From Candidatus Micrarchaeota archaeon (GTDB taxonomy: Archaea; Micrarchaeota; Micrarchaeia; Micrarchaeales; CABMGC01), in the NCBI GenBank assembly GCA_028867025.1, contig JAGWHC010000001.1, positions 574,595-638,594 on the forward strand: 64,000 nt of DNA, given 5' to 3'. The notes under the pieces were generated by a model. It worked only from the letters and a program-made list of their open reading frames with translations. It was not told the origin of the DNA and did not search any database. Positions 25,557 through 35,028 of the stretch are shown in pieces. Within the stretch, counting starts at the first letter, position 1, and the number at the start of each line of letters is the position of its first letter. A program made the position numbers and the translations under genes.

Positions 25557-27428
25557 TTAAACCTCTTTAGTGTAACGCCTTCTGTAAAAGAAGGGCTTGA
25601 ATTTCACGCCTCCGCCGGTGTAGAACTTGGAGAAGAACTCAACGAAGTTGAGCCTCGCACCTTGAACCAAACCCTCGAAGATTCCCAGGATCATATTCAC
25701 GAAATGCAGCAATATAAAGATTACCGAGGTGAGCAGGAAGGGAAGTATGCCCGCCGCAAGCGAAGGGGTGAACGTCTTGTCGATTAGGAGGGCGAGTATC
25801 ACGCTCGCTAGCCCGAAACCCATTATCCTCGCGTAGCTCAGTGGATGCGATATCAGGCTGACCACCTCTGTTGCCTCGATTCCGCTTAGGGCCACAGTGG
25901 CCACTACTGAAAGTATTCCGAGTCCCGCCGCAACGTCCGTTATGGCGGGGCTGAAAAGGCCGAACAGCGCTCCCCCCACCGCGACTGTGCCCGTAACTAC
26001 GGCTGCTATTGAAGTTAGCCTGGCAAAAGCGAGTTTCCTGTGCCCGTGGCTGTTGCTGTTTACGAACCCAAAAAGCAGGCCCACCACCACCTGGGCTATT
26101 CCGAATATGACAGTTGCGGCAAGTATTATTGGCGTGTTTTTGAGCCAGTCGAAGCCAGTGAAGCCAGGAACGAGGTACTGGTTGAGCCCGAAACCGAAGT
26201 ACTGGTTCGAAAGGAAGCCAAAGACGATGATCGCAACTGAAGATATCTGCCAGATCTTTGCCACGCTGTTCATCAGGCTGTCCGGCTCTGTTTTAGCGGC
26301 TATGAGCCACGCGAACACGAAAGATGCGATCCCGTAGCCTACATCAGACACCATAAGCCCGTAGAATATTGGGAAGGCGATTATGAAGATCCACGTAGGA
26401 TCAAGCTCGTCACTCCTCGGCAGAGAGAAGAACTCCATCAGGTTGTCAAACGGCCTGAAGAACCTGGGCCTCGAAACAAGCGTGGGTGCAAGCTCGCCGT
26501 CCTCAAGCTCTTCGATAACGAAATGATCTCCGGTCACCCGAGAAACCTGCGCCGAAACCTCCGGCAGCTTCTTTTTCTCGATCCAGCCCTCGGCAGCAAA
26601 TGTGGATTCTGTGCGCTTGAAGCTTATGCTCACGCTCGCCCTTTCCGCCTCAACGGAAAGCATCTCAAGTACACTTGCTATGTGATTATAATCCTTGGCC
26701 GCGTGCTCCTCAAGCTTTGCAACCGCGCTCTTCAACTCAAGCTCTTCTTCCTTTCTGGTTTTAGACAGTTCTGCAAGCACTTTTTCCGGAGTGGAATCGA
26801 ATCTTTCGCTAGATATGTCGATCTCTTTTACACCGTTCAGGTGCGCGAATTCATCAATGGTCGATACCTCATCCTTTTTGTAAGCCACAAATACGACCAA
26901 ACCCCCCTTGACCCTGTTCTCTATCACTTCGCAGTTGTGCCTCATGGCCGCAATGTGCTTTTGCGCTTTCCCGCGGGTTCCCCGGCTAAGCAGAAACGCC
27001 GCGAAATCCAGCGTCTCGCTTCTGAGCTGCGAGAAATCGATTCCAGAGTCAAGGAAAAGCGTTATTGTCTTGGTTTCGGTGTCGAGTCTTGAGATGTCTC
27101 CTTCCAGCGCCGTTTTCCTCTCGTCAAGCGCTATGGTATCATTGACTGCCTGCAGCCTCGAGGCCGTCTTCATCAGCGGTTCAAGTTGCGATTGCTTCTC
27201 CTTTGCGTGGTGCCCTGCCTGACTTCCCTTTTTCATATGCTTCGAGAGGATCGATATCGCAGAATTGTACCTTACCACAAGCTCAGAGACGCTTGGAAGG
27301 GATTCACCAGGTTTGTCGTCTTCTATCGACAGCGCGCTCTTCCTTATGTCTATGACGCCAAGCCTGTGGAGTTCAGCGATAATCCTGCCCTTCTGGCTCT
27401 GAAGCCCCACTATTCTGATTTTCTGCAT
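25557..27428 (-). CDS. atpI: A-type ATP synthase subunit I (stator a-subunit)
   Basis: The ORF opens at 27485 and would overlap atpH. Met at 27428 (MQKIRIVGL) is preferred. Soluble N-terminal half plus a polytopic C-terminal half. Confidence 0.85.
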   Translation of the reverse strand: MQKIRIVGLQSQKGRIIAELHRLGVIDIRKSALSIEDDKPGESLPSVSELVVRYNSAISILSKHMKKGSQAGHHAKEKQSQLEPLMKTASRLQAVNDTIALDERKTALEGDISRLDTETKTITLFLDSGIDFSQLRSETLDFAAFLLSRGTRGKAQKHIAAMRHNCEVIENRVKGGLVVFVAYKKDEVSTIDEFAHLNGVKEIDISSERFDSTPEKVLAELSKTRKEEELELKSAVAKLEEHAAKDYNHIASVLEMLSVEAERASVSISFKRTESTFAAEGWIEKKKLPEVSAQVSRVTGDHFVIEELEDGELAPTLVSRPRFFRPFDNLMEFFSLPRSDELDPTWIFIIAFPIFYGLMVSDVGYGIASFVFAWLIAAKTEPDSLMNSVAKIWQISSVAIIVFGFLSNQYFGFGLNQYLVPGFTGFDWLKNTPIILAATVIFGIAQVVVGLLFGFVNSNSHGHRKLAFARLTSIAAVVTGTVAVGGALFGLFSPAITDVAAGLGILSVVATVALSGIEATEVVSLISHPLSYARIMGFGLASVILALLIDKTFTPSLAAGILPFLLTSVIFILLHFVNMILGIFEGLVQGARLNFVEFFSKFYTGGGVKFKPFFYRRRYTKEV

Positions 27429-27447
27429 CCTTTCCGTGCGGAACAGT

Positions 27448-27774
27448 CTAATCACCAAGGATAAGTTCCACCGCCTTCTTCGCAACCGTCTCGATGGCGC
27501 GCCTGCTTATCTTGCTGTTTGCCATCTTCTGTGCAGTTTTCTGCGCTGCCTCTATGCTTTTCTGCCTCAATTCCTCAAGCCGTCTCCTTTGCTCCTCTAT
27601 TTTAGCTATTTTCGTCTGCTCCGCCTTTTCCTCAGCGTCCCTTACTATCTGCTGGGACCTCACGTTTGCATCCTCGACCAAAGCCTTAGCCTTTTCATTA
27701 GCCTTTTCTACGGCATTCTTCGCTGCCGTTTCAGCTTCCTCGACCTTCTTGATTGCACTCATTCCTTGCTTCAT
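27448..27774 (-). CDS. atpH: A-type ATP synthase subunit H
   Basis: 108 aa charged coiled coil. First gene of the operon. Confidence 0.7.
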   Translation of the reverse strand: MKQGMSAIKKVEEAETAAKNAVEKANEKAKALVEDANVRSQQIVRDAEEKAEQTKIAKIEEQRRRLEELRQKSIEAAQKTAQKMANSKISRRAIETVAKKAVELILGD

Positions 27775-27808
27775 TCTCTCCCAACAAATTGGCAGGATTA
27801 ATTCAAAC

Positions 27809-28480
27809 TTAATTCTTATTAGGCTTTACATCGCTGCTCGGACATATGTCCTTGAGCGCGCATCTATAGCATTCCTTGTTCCTCGCCTTGCAGGTGTCCC
27901 TGCCGAGCTCTATGAACGTGTTCGATACCCTTCCCCAGTCCTTCCTTGGATAGATGCGCAGGAGCGACATTTCCACCTTGTATGGATCCTTGCTGCGTGA
28001 AAAACCCAAGCGCCTTGCCACCCTGCCTGCATGCGTATCCACCGCTATGCCCTCGTCTATTCCATAGCCCTCGTTCAGCACCACGTTTGCCACCTTTCTT
28101 CCCACTCCCGGCAGCTCAATCAGTTCGCTCAACGTTTTCGGAACCCGTCCGTGGAACCTCCCAGCTATGATTCTCGCCGATTCCCTGAGGTGCCTGGCCT
28201 TGGTTTTGTAGTAGTTCATGCCACTAAGGCACCGCCTGAGCATCTTCGGGTCTGCGTTCGCATAATCCCTAAATGTTTTAAATCTCCTGAACAGTTTTTC
28301 TGTGGTTTTGTTTGTCTGCGCATCTGTGGACTGCGGCGAAAGCAGGACAGCGACAAACAGGTGCGTCATGTTCTGGTGCCTCAGCTGCGTGTGAATGTTG
28401 TATCCATATCTTTTCGACAGCCTGCTGAGGACGAGCCGCGCGTACCTATCGCTGGGCATAGTATGTAAAAAAGATTCCAT
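27809..28480 (-). CDS. nth: Endonuclease III (HhH-GPD DNA glycosylase with 4Fe-4S cluster)
   Basis: LPGVGRKVANVVL is the HhH motif. C-terminal CKARNKECYRCALKDIC is the Cys cluster. Confidence 0.85.
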   Translation of the reverse strand: MESFLHTMPSDRYARLVLSRLSKRYGYNIHTQLRHQNMTHLFVAVLLSPQSTDAQTNKTTEKLFRRFKTFRDYANADPKMLRRCLSGMNYYKTKARHLRESARIIAGRFHGRVPKTLSELIELPGVGRKVANVVLNEGYGIDEGIAVDTHAGRVARRLGFSRSKDPYKVEMSLLRIYPRKDWGRVSNTFIELGRDTCKARNKECYRCALKDICPSSDVKPNKN

Positions 28481-28501
28481 TCCAAGTAATAAAAGGGTTT
28501 C

Positions 28502-29323
28502 GTGATCAGAAGACCGGCAGTCGCAGGAACCTTCTATCCCGCGGATCCGAGGGAGCTAGAGGAGCTGATAGGCCGGCAGCTGGAGAAAACAGAATCTGCG
28601 GCACTTGCCGAAACAAAAGCTTTCGTGGCGCCGCATGCCGGATACAAGTACTCAGGCCAGGTGGCGGCATACACGTACTCCGCATTGCAGCAAGCCCATT
28701 CCAAGAAAAAGTTCGACACCATAATTATAATCGGACCTAACCACACCGGTTATGGCAGGCCGATAGCCGTGTCGCTCGACGATTGGCAGACGCCGCTGGG
28801 CGTGGTCAAGAACGACCGGGAACTTTCCGAAATGATCGCCGAGATGCCTGACATGTATGCGGATGAGATGGCACACGCGTTCGAGCATTCCGTGGAGGTG
28901 CAGCTTCCATTCATCCAGAAGGCGTTGGGTGAGGTAAACTGCGCGTTCATCTGCATGGGCGATCAGTCGTACGAGGCCAGCGTGGCGCTGAGCCAGGCGA
29001 TAATGTCTGCTTGCAAGAGGAAAAAGAGGAACACGGCCGTGCTCGCGAGCTCTGACTTCAACCACTATGAATCGGCTGTGATAGCAAAGAAGAAGGACGC
29101 GCCTGCGATAGACGCGGTACTGAAGCTTGATCCCGAGGGGTTTCACGATCTTATCAAGAAGAGCAACGACAGTGCTTGCGGCTACGGGCCGATAACAACA
29201 GCGGCGATAATCGCCAGGAGAAACGGCGCAAAATCAGGCATGCTGCTCAAGTACGCCACATCAGGTGACGTCACAAACGACTACGATTCTGTAGTCGCCT
29301 ATGCGAGCATTGTCTTTGCATGA
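28502..29323 (+). CDS. amrB: AmmeMemoRadiSam system protein B (Memo family)
   Basis: GTG start. IRRPAVAGTFYPADPRELEELI plus the conserved His/Asp/Cys pattern (APHAGYKYSG, GPNH, HSVEVQLPF). Confidence 0.85.
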   Translation: MIRRPAVAGTFYPADPRELEELIGRQLEKTESAALAETKAFVAPHAGYKYSGQVAAYTYSALQQAHSKKKFDTIIIIGPNHTGYGRPIAVSLDDWQTPLGVVKNDRELSEMIAEMPDMYADEMAHAFEHSVEVQLPFIQKALGEVNCAFICMGDQSYEASVALSQAIMSACKRKKRNTAVLASSDFNHYESAVIAKKKDAPAIDAVLKLDPEGFHDLIKKSNDSACGYGPITTAAIIARRNGAKSGMLLKYATSGDVTNDYDSVVAYASIVFA

Positions 29324-29364
29324 ATAGGCTTAAATAGAATCACGTCACATTAAATTCAAATTCT

Positions 29365-31092
29365 ATGTCAGTGCTAGGTATTCATGACGCGCACGATGCT
29401 GGGGCCGCGATTGCGCAGAACGGCGAAGTCGCGGGTGCAGTCAATGAGGAAAGATTCACAAAAAAGAAGAACGACGTCGGCTTCCCTGTAAACGCCATAA
29501 ACTACATGCTGAAGAACTCGGACGACGACATCACAAAAATAGCGATTCCCTGGATAGGGGGCAGCGCGCTGTTCGCGCGCCTTTATCCGGACCTGGAGGT
29601 AAGGCGCAGGCTCCTCTGGAGAAGGCAGGCACCCAAGCCCAGCGGGTTCAAGATGAAGGTCACGGACATGATCTTCAAGGTCGTGCAGGACCAGCAGCCG
29701 AAGTGGTTCTGGAACGCGACCGGAAAAGGCATAGGAGGCAGCATCCTGAGAGGCAAGCTAAGAAACCTCGGAATAAACAAGGAGCTTGTTTTTGTTGAGC
29801 ACCACCTTGCGCACGCGGCTACTGCATACTATGCGTCGGGCTTCAAGGAGGCTCTCGTTATAACCCTTGATGGCGCAGGAGACGGACTCAGCGGCACAGT
29901 CAGCATAGGCGAAAACGGCAAGCTGAAAAGAATCAACGAATTCAAGGCGAGCGCAAGCCTTGGTCTGCTCTACGGTGCGGCGACGCTGGCATGCGATTTG
30001 AGGTTCAGCGAGGACGAGGGCAAGCTCATGAGCCTGGCAGCGTATTCCTACCCCTCGGAGATGAAGGAGCTGGACAGTTTCGTGAGATACGATGAAAGGA
30101 AGAAGCAGCTTGTAAGCGACATGGGCATAAAGTATGAGTTCCTGCTTGCCGAGTACATAAAGAACACCCTTCTCTGGAAGTACAACAGGGAAGCACTCGC
30201 CTATGCGGTCCAGAAGCACGTGCAGAACCAGGTAATGAAGATAGTCGAAAGCTACATCAGGGAGACGAAGATAAGGAACGTTGCAGTCTCGGGCGGCTAT
30301 TTCTCAAACATAATCACCAACATGGCGATAAACGAGCACCCCGAAGTGAAGAACTTCTTCGTGTTTCCGCAGATGGGCGATGGGGGCCTGGCTTTGGGAG
30401 CAGCCTACTACGTTGACTTCCAGGAAAGCGGCAGGTTCAACCCGAAGCAGATAGACAACCTCTACTATGGACCCGAGTATTCAGATTCGGAGATCGAGGA
30501 GGCGCTCAAGAAGCAGAAGAAGGCCAAGAAGATACAGTACCACGAGGTCAGGGACATAGCCAAGTATGCCGCCGAGAAGGTGGCGGAGGAGAACAAGATA
30601 GTTCTTTGGTTCCAGGGAAGGATGGAGTTCGGCCCTAGGGCACTCGGCAACAGGAGCGTCGTGGCGCTGGCCAACCACAAGGAGAACAGGAACGAGATCA
30701 ACATAATAATAAAGCGCAGGCCCTACTACCAGCCTTTCGCAAGCACGATACTCGAGGAGGACGCGAAATCGCTGCTTGACCCTTATCCGAGGGGCACAAA
30801 ATTCATGACAGTGGGCTACAAGGTCAAGCCTGACAAATTCCCCGAGCTCGAGGCGGCATCGCACATAGACATGACCACCAGGCCGCAGACTCTCGGGAAG
30901 GAGAACAAGCTGTACAGGGAGCTGATATCCCACATAAAGAAGAAGGTGGGCTACGGCGCCGTGCTGAACACAAGCTTCAACAAGCATGGCATGCCAATAG
31001 TAATGACTCCCGAGGACGCGCTCTGGACGCTTGAGAATACGGGCGCCAAATATATGGCAATAGGCAACTTCTTCGTGGAGAAAGCAAAGTGA
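29365..31092 (+). CDS. Carbamoyltransferase, NodU/CmcH family
   Basis: 575 aa. MSVLGIHDAHDAGAAIAQNGEVAGAVNEERFTKKKND, and C-terminal NTSFNKHGMPIV. Confidence 0.8.
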   Translation: MSVLGIHDAHDAGAAIAQNGEVAGAVNEERFTKKKNDVGFPVNAINYMLKNSDDDITKIAIPWIGGSALFARLYPDLEVRRRLLWRRQAPKPSGFKMKVTDMIFKVVQDQQPKWFWNATGKGIGGSILRGKLRNLGINKELVFVEHHLAHAATAYYASGFKEALVITLDGAGDGLSGTVSIGENGKLKRINEFKASASLGLLYGAATLACDLRFSEDEGKLMSLAAYSYPSEMKELDSFVRYDERKKQLVSDMGIKYEFLLAEYIKNTLLWKYNREALAYAVQKHVQNQVMKIVESYIRETKIRNVAVSGGYFSNIITNMAINEHPEVKNFFVFPQMGDGGLALGAAYYVDFQESGRFNPKQIDNLYYGPEYSDSEIEEALKKQKKAKKIQYHEVRDIAKYAAEKVAEENKIVLWFQGRMEFGPRALGNRSVVALANHKENRNEINIIIKRRPYYQPFASTILEEDAKSLLDPYPRGTKFMTVGYKVKPDKFPELEAASHIDMTTRPQTLGKENKLYRELISHIKKKVGYGAVLNTSFNKHGMPIVMTPEDALWTLENTGAKYMAIGNFFVEKAK

Positions 31093-31096
31093 GCCG

Positions 31097-32302
31097 ATGG
31101 GGAAGCCGAACATAACAATAATAGTGCTAGACACACTCAGGCTCGACGCGTTCATGAAGCTGAAGGACACAAGAGGGCGCAGGCTTTCCGACCTTGGCGA
31201 CTTTCACGTGTTCGGGAACTGCATAGCCCCGGCTTCGTGGACCCTTCCCTCGCACGCATCGCTCTTCACTGGCATGTACCCTAGCGAGCACGGCGCGCAC
31301 GAGACCAAGAGGGTCAAGGCGCTGGACATAGCCGAGATAAAGCTAAGGAAGAGGACATTTGTCAGCGACCTGAAGGAGTTGGGATACGAGACCTACGCGA
31401 TATCCGCAAACCCGTACGTGCATCCTGTCTACGGATTCGACGAGTTCGACAGCTTCAGGGAGGAGTCGTATTTCGTCGACATATGGGGCAGCGTCTTCGA
31501 AGTCGCGAGCAAGCTCAAGCCGCTCATAGCCAAATACAGGAACGAGTACGGCAGCGACATCTTCAAGATATCGGCATCGATGCTGAGGCAGGATCCCAAC
31601 CTGTTTCTCGAGGCTGCGGCAAGCGGCATGATTCTCACCCCCATAGCTGCGCTGAAGAAACTCAGGGCAAAGTTCGTGGAGGGCTGGCCGATAGAGAAGG
31701 GAGGGAAGAACATAGTCAAGACGGTGAAGGGCATGAAGCTTGGAAAGCCGTTCTTCATGTTCATCAACATCATGGAGGCCCACGACCCATACACGGACTC
31801 GAAGAAGACAGCGATGAGCTGGGTCACCCCTTTCCTGAAGAAGCGCCCGGATGCCGGGACCATCAGCCTTTGGAAGAGGCTCTATGGAAAGGCATCACAA
31901 AGGGCGTACGAGTACGCATACAGGATAGTGCAGGATCTCATCGGAAGGTTCGGGGAGAACCAGATAATCATACTGACGAGCGACCACGGGCAAGAATTCA
32001 ACGAACATGGATTCATCGGCCACGGCGCGGTGTTGCACGACGAGGTAGTGAAGGTGCCAATCGCCGTCCTGCTCCCCAAAGGCTTCAGAACACCGAAGGC
32101 CAAGGGCTACTCATCGCTGGTCAGCATCAGGGACTTCCTGCTCGCTGCGCTCGATGGAGATAAGAACGCCGCCGAACGAATCTTCCGCAGCCATGTCATC
32201 GCAGAAAGCTTCGGGGTGCCGGCGCAGATATCGCAGGTCAAGGGGATAGACTCAAAGAAGCTGCGTTCGTACGAGAAGACCACAAGAAGGAAGTTTGGCT
32301 AG
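31097..32302 (+). CDS. Alkaline-phosphatase-superfamily (sulfatase-fold) enzyme with Thr nucleophile motif
   Basis: NITIIVLDTLRLD is the metal-binding Asp region. SWTLPSHASLFTG stands in place of the sulfatase C/S-x-P-x-R...TG signature. LTSDHGQEFNEHG is also present. No TM segments. Confidence 0.65.
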   Translation: MGKPNITIIVLDTLRLDAFMKLKDTRGRRLSDLGDFHVFGNCIAPASWTLPSHASLFTGMYPSEHGAHETKRVKALDIAEIKLRKRTFVSDLKELGYETYAISANPYVHPVYGFDEFDSFREESYFVDIWGSVFEVASKLKPLIAKYRNEYGSDIFKISASMLRQDPNLFLEAAASGMILTPIAALKKLRAKFVEGWPIEKGGKNIVKTVKGMKLGKPFFMFINIMEAHDPYTDSKKTAMSWVTPFLKKRPDAGTISLWKRLYGKASQRAYEYAYRIVQDLIGRFGENQIIILTSDHGQEFNEHGFIGHGAVLHDEVVKVPIAVLLPKGFRTPKAKGYSSLVSIRDFLLAALDGDKNAAERIFRSHVIAESFGVPAQISQVKGIDSKKLRSYEKTTRRKFG

Positions 32303-33519
32303 TCAAACGTGCCTATTCCGGCGAACTTACCTTCACTATAAAGGACGAACCTTCCCAGCTCTCTCGTTATGCCGTAGCGCTCCACTGGCACCTTCCTCGC
32401 AAGCTGCACCTCCGCCTCCGCCGCTTCCAGCACTTTCGCCTTCTTGGTGCTGTGGGACTCGCCCGTAGTGGTATCGATGTCGTGCAGTATCCTCACGCTC
32501 CTGCACGCTATGTCTACGCCGTTGAACTTCACAAATGTCTTCTTGCCAAACTTCCCTGTGACGAATATCTTGAGCCTTACCTTGTCTTTCAGTTCTGGCT
32601 TATGGTTGCTGCCAGCTATGACCGAGCCGCGCAGCTCTCTGCCAAAGTTTCCGTCAAGTTTAAGGGCGACATTCTCTCCAACTATTCCATTCCTGACCTT
32701 CTTGCCTTTAACCGCAATCTCCCTGACTGTCGCATTGCCTCCTGACGGCAGCACGCTGACCCTTTCCCCGACCTTAACACTGCCGCTCACAACTCGTCCA
32801 ACAACAAACTCGTCATTCTCCCCAGGTATCGCACCCTGAGCTATTATCCTGAGCGCGCCTTCCTGCTTCCCGCCCTCGTTCTTCGCCTCGTCGTAGAGCA
32901 CGTCTATGAGCGGCTTTCCCCTATACCACTTCAGCCTAGAGCTCTTTTTCACTAGGTTCTCGCCCTTGTATGCAGACACAGGCACGAAATGGACCTTCTC
33001 TCGCGCAAAGCCGATCTTGAATATGAATGTCTTCAGCTCGCGTTCCACCTCTTCGAACCTTTCCTGAGAGTAGCCAACAGTGTCCATCTTGTTTACCGCT
33101 ACTATGAGCCTGTCTAGGCCAAGCATCCTCGATATGAACAGGTGCCTTTTCGTCTGGTCCCTTATCCCTTCGTCCTGCTTTGCAGAGACCAGAAGCAGCG
33201 CTATCTCCCCGTACGAAGCACCGCTGATCATGTTCTTTATGAGTTCCTCGTGGCCCGGCACGTCTATCAGGGCAAATGCGAGTCCCTTGTGCTTTATCTC
33301 GGCCCGCGTGGTGTCGAAGGTCATCTCTCCGAGCCGCTCCTCTGCGAAGCTGTCAAGGATGAAGGCTGGCTCAAAATCCTTATGTAGTCTTCTACTGTAT
33401 TCTTCTGCTTCTCTTATTCTCGCCTGTGTTGCAGCGCCGGTCTGCATCAAAAGGCTGCCTATGAGTGTCGACTTACCGTGGTCCTTGTGACCAAGAAGCG
33501 CTATGTTAGTTACTCTCAT
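32299..33519 (-). CDS. cysN: EF-1alpha/CysN-family GTPase (sulfate adenylyltransferase subunit 1-like; no APS kinase domain)
   Basis: G1 GHKDHGKS, G3 DVPGH, G4 NKMD. 406 aa. Downstream partner of the CysD-like gene. Confidence 0.65.
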   Translation of the reverse strand: MRVTNIALLGHKDHGKSTLIGSLLMQTGAATQARIREAEEYSRRLHKDFEPAFILDSFAEERLGEMTFDTTRAEIKHKGLAFALIDVPGHEELIKNMISGASYGEIALLLVSAKQDEGIRDQTKRHLFISRMLGLDRLIVAVNKMDTVGYSQERFEEVERELKTFIFKIGFAREKVHFVPVSAYKGENLVKKSSRLKWYRGKPLIDVLYDEAKNEGGKQEGALRIIAQGAIPGENDEFVVGRVVSGSVKVGERVSVLPSGGNATVREIAVKGKKVRNGIVGENVALKLDGNFGRELRGSVIAGSNHKPELKDKVRLKIFVTGKFGKKTFVKFNGVDIACRSVRILHDIDTTTGESHSTKKAKVLEAAEAEVQLARKVPVERYGITRELGRFVLYSEGKFAGIGTFD

Positions 33520-33523
33520 AAAT

Positions 33524-34231
33524 TCACGCCAAAATTGATGGAGTACTGCCGGATCTATTAGCGATGAGACCCTGCAGTTTAAGATAGTTCGAATGTTTTC
33601 TTTCTAAATAAACGTGTGCATCATGATAAATCCAGTCGAGGATTTTTGGTATCTGAAAAGTTCCAGTAATGTGAAAAAACCAAGAGTTTTCGCTCGCTCT
33701 TAATATATGATTCGCTTTTGATCTGCATACTGCTTTAAGTATTTCAAGAACTGCGTTCACCATCCCATAGTCTCCATCTACAAAACCGAGATAAGGATTA
33801 CGATTTTTATAGTTAAATCCGAATGAACCGTCACCATCGATTAAGCCTCTTATAAAATGATGTACCAAAGAAGATGGCACAAAATCAAACTGCTTTGAAG
33901 TTTTAACTCCCAAGCCATTCAAATCATTATACAGTTCTACTGATGTTATTTTCAACTCTGCAGATTCGTAATGTTTTCCTGTTCTCGCATCATTGTGATA
34001 TCTAAAATATATGTGATGCTCCGACTTAATTGCTCTTTTAAACTTCTCAAGATGTTTTGCATCGTCTCTTGTCACTTCCAATCGCAATAGACGACCATTT
34101 TCTTTAGTTCTGAAAACTGTACCATCGGCTGATATAAAACCAAGCCAGTACGCCTTTTCTTCAGTATCTATCCTTTTGAAAAAATTGTGGTCAAATTGAT
34201 ATTTTCTTGCGTGATCAGGCAGGCTAGACAC
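33524..34231 (-). mobile_element. Free-standing double-motif LAGLIDADG homing endonuclease gene
   Basis: 235 aa. Motifs YWLGFISADGTVF and FIRGLIDGDGSFGF. No Hint blocks; has its own start and stop. Sits 8 nt after the cysD stop and 4 nt before the cysN start. Strongly AT-rich relative to the flanks. Confidence 0.85.
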
Positions 34232-34239
34232 AAAATCAC

Positions 34240-35028
34240 CTACATATATCCGAGTGCCCTCAATTTTTGCATCGTATACTCCCGTTCCTTGTCCATACTC
34301 CTTCCTGACCTCTCTTCTTGCGTTGTGCTTTCTAATTCTCTTATTATGTCATCTACATTCTTCGCGTTAGATTTCAGCGGAATCGTGCAATGTGTACATC
34401 CAAGACTTCTATATCTATAACCGTTTCTTGAGAAGTACAATGGATTAACTGGTATGTGCTCTTGCTTTACGTACTGCCAAATGTCTATCTCATTGAAATC
34501 TAGTAGGGGATGAACTCTTATGTGTCCTTTAACATCGAGCTTCGACGCATAGTCATCCCAAAGCTCAGCAGGCTGGTCCTTGTAGTTCCATTTGAAGTTC
34601 TGATCACGTGGGCTCATGTATCTCTCCTTGGCCCTTATGCCGTGCTCGTCCCTTCTTATTGATACGATAAGCGCGTCAAATCCATACTCTTTCATTATCT
34701 TCTTCAATGTCTCTGGTTTGTTCTTGCCGCAGCACGCCGAGCCCACGAGATCCGGCTTAATCTCGCTCTGACCCACGATGACCTTGAAGTTCCATTTCTT
34801 TGCTAGGTACTCTCTGAAAGCATAAGTCTCTGGAAAATCGATAGAATTGTCAATATGAATGACTGGGAAAGGTATCTTGCCAAGGAACGCCTTCCTTGTG
34901 AGCGCGAGCATCGTGGTTGAGTCCTTGCCCATGCTCCACAGCGCAGCCACATTCTTGAACTTCAGCTTCGTCTCTCGTATTATGTATATGCTCTTCTCTT
35001 CCAAGGTTTTGAGGTCTTGTTTTATCAT
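34240..35028 (-). CDS. cysD: Sulfate adenylyltransferase subunit 2-like (CysD, PAPS-reductase/PP-loop family)
   Basis: 262 aa. ALWSMGKDSTTMLALTRKAF, RRDEHGIRAKERYMSPRD, IRVHPLLDFNEIDIWQY and RYRSLGCTHCT run collinear with CysD as I recall it. Confidence 0.75.
   Translation of the reverse strand: MIKQDLKTLEEKSIYIIRETKLKFKNVAALWSMGKDSTTMLALTRKAFLGKIPFPVIHIDNSIDFPETYAFREYLAKKWNFKVIVGQSEIKPDLVGSACCGKNKPETLKKIMKEYGFDALIVSIRRDEHGIRAKERYMSPRDQNFKWNYKDQPAELWDDYASKLDVKGHIRVHPLLDFNEIDIWQYVKQEHIPVNPLYFSRNGYRYRSLGCTHCTIPLKSNAKNVDDIIRELESTTQEERSGRSMDKEREYTMQKLRALGYM

Noticed and set aside
19307-28468. Numerous ORFs of 60-220 aa antisense to the ATPase operon, the Dph6-like gene and nth (for example 19307-19975, 20371-21015, 20915-21523, 25897-26337, 26523-27092, 27494-28000, 28031-28468).
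   Set aside because: Every one lies opposite a well-supported conserved gene and shows shadow-type composition.
33524-34231. Whether the LAGLIDADG ORF is an intein of CysD or CysN rather than free-standing.
   Set aside because: It has no Cys/Ser1 block A, no TxxH and no terminal HN. It is bounded by its own ATG and stop and is separated from both neighbours by short non-coding spacers. CysD retains its C-terminal tail and CysN its G1 motif.
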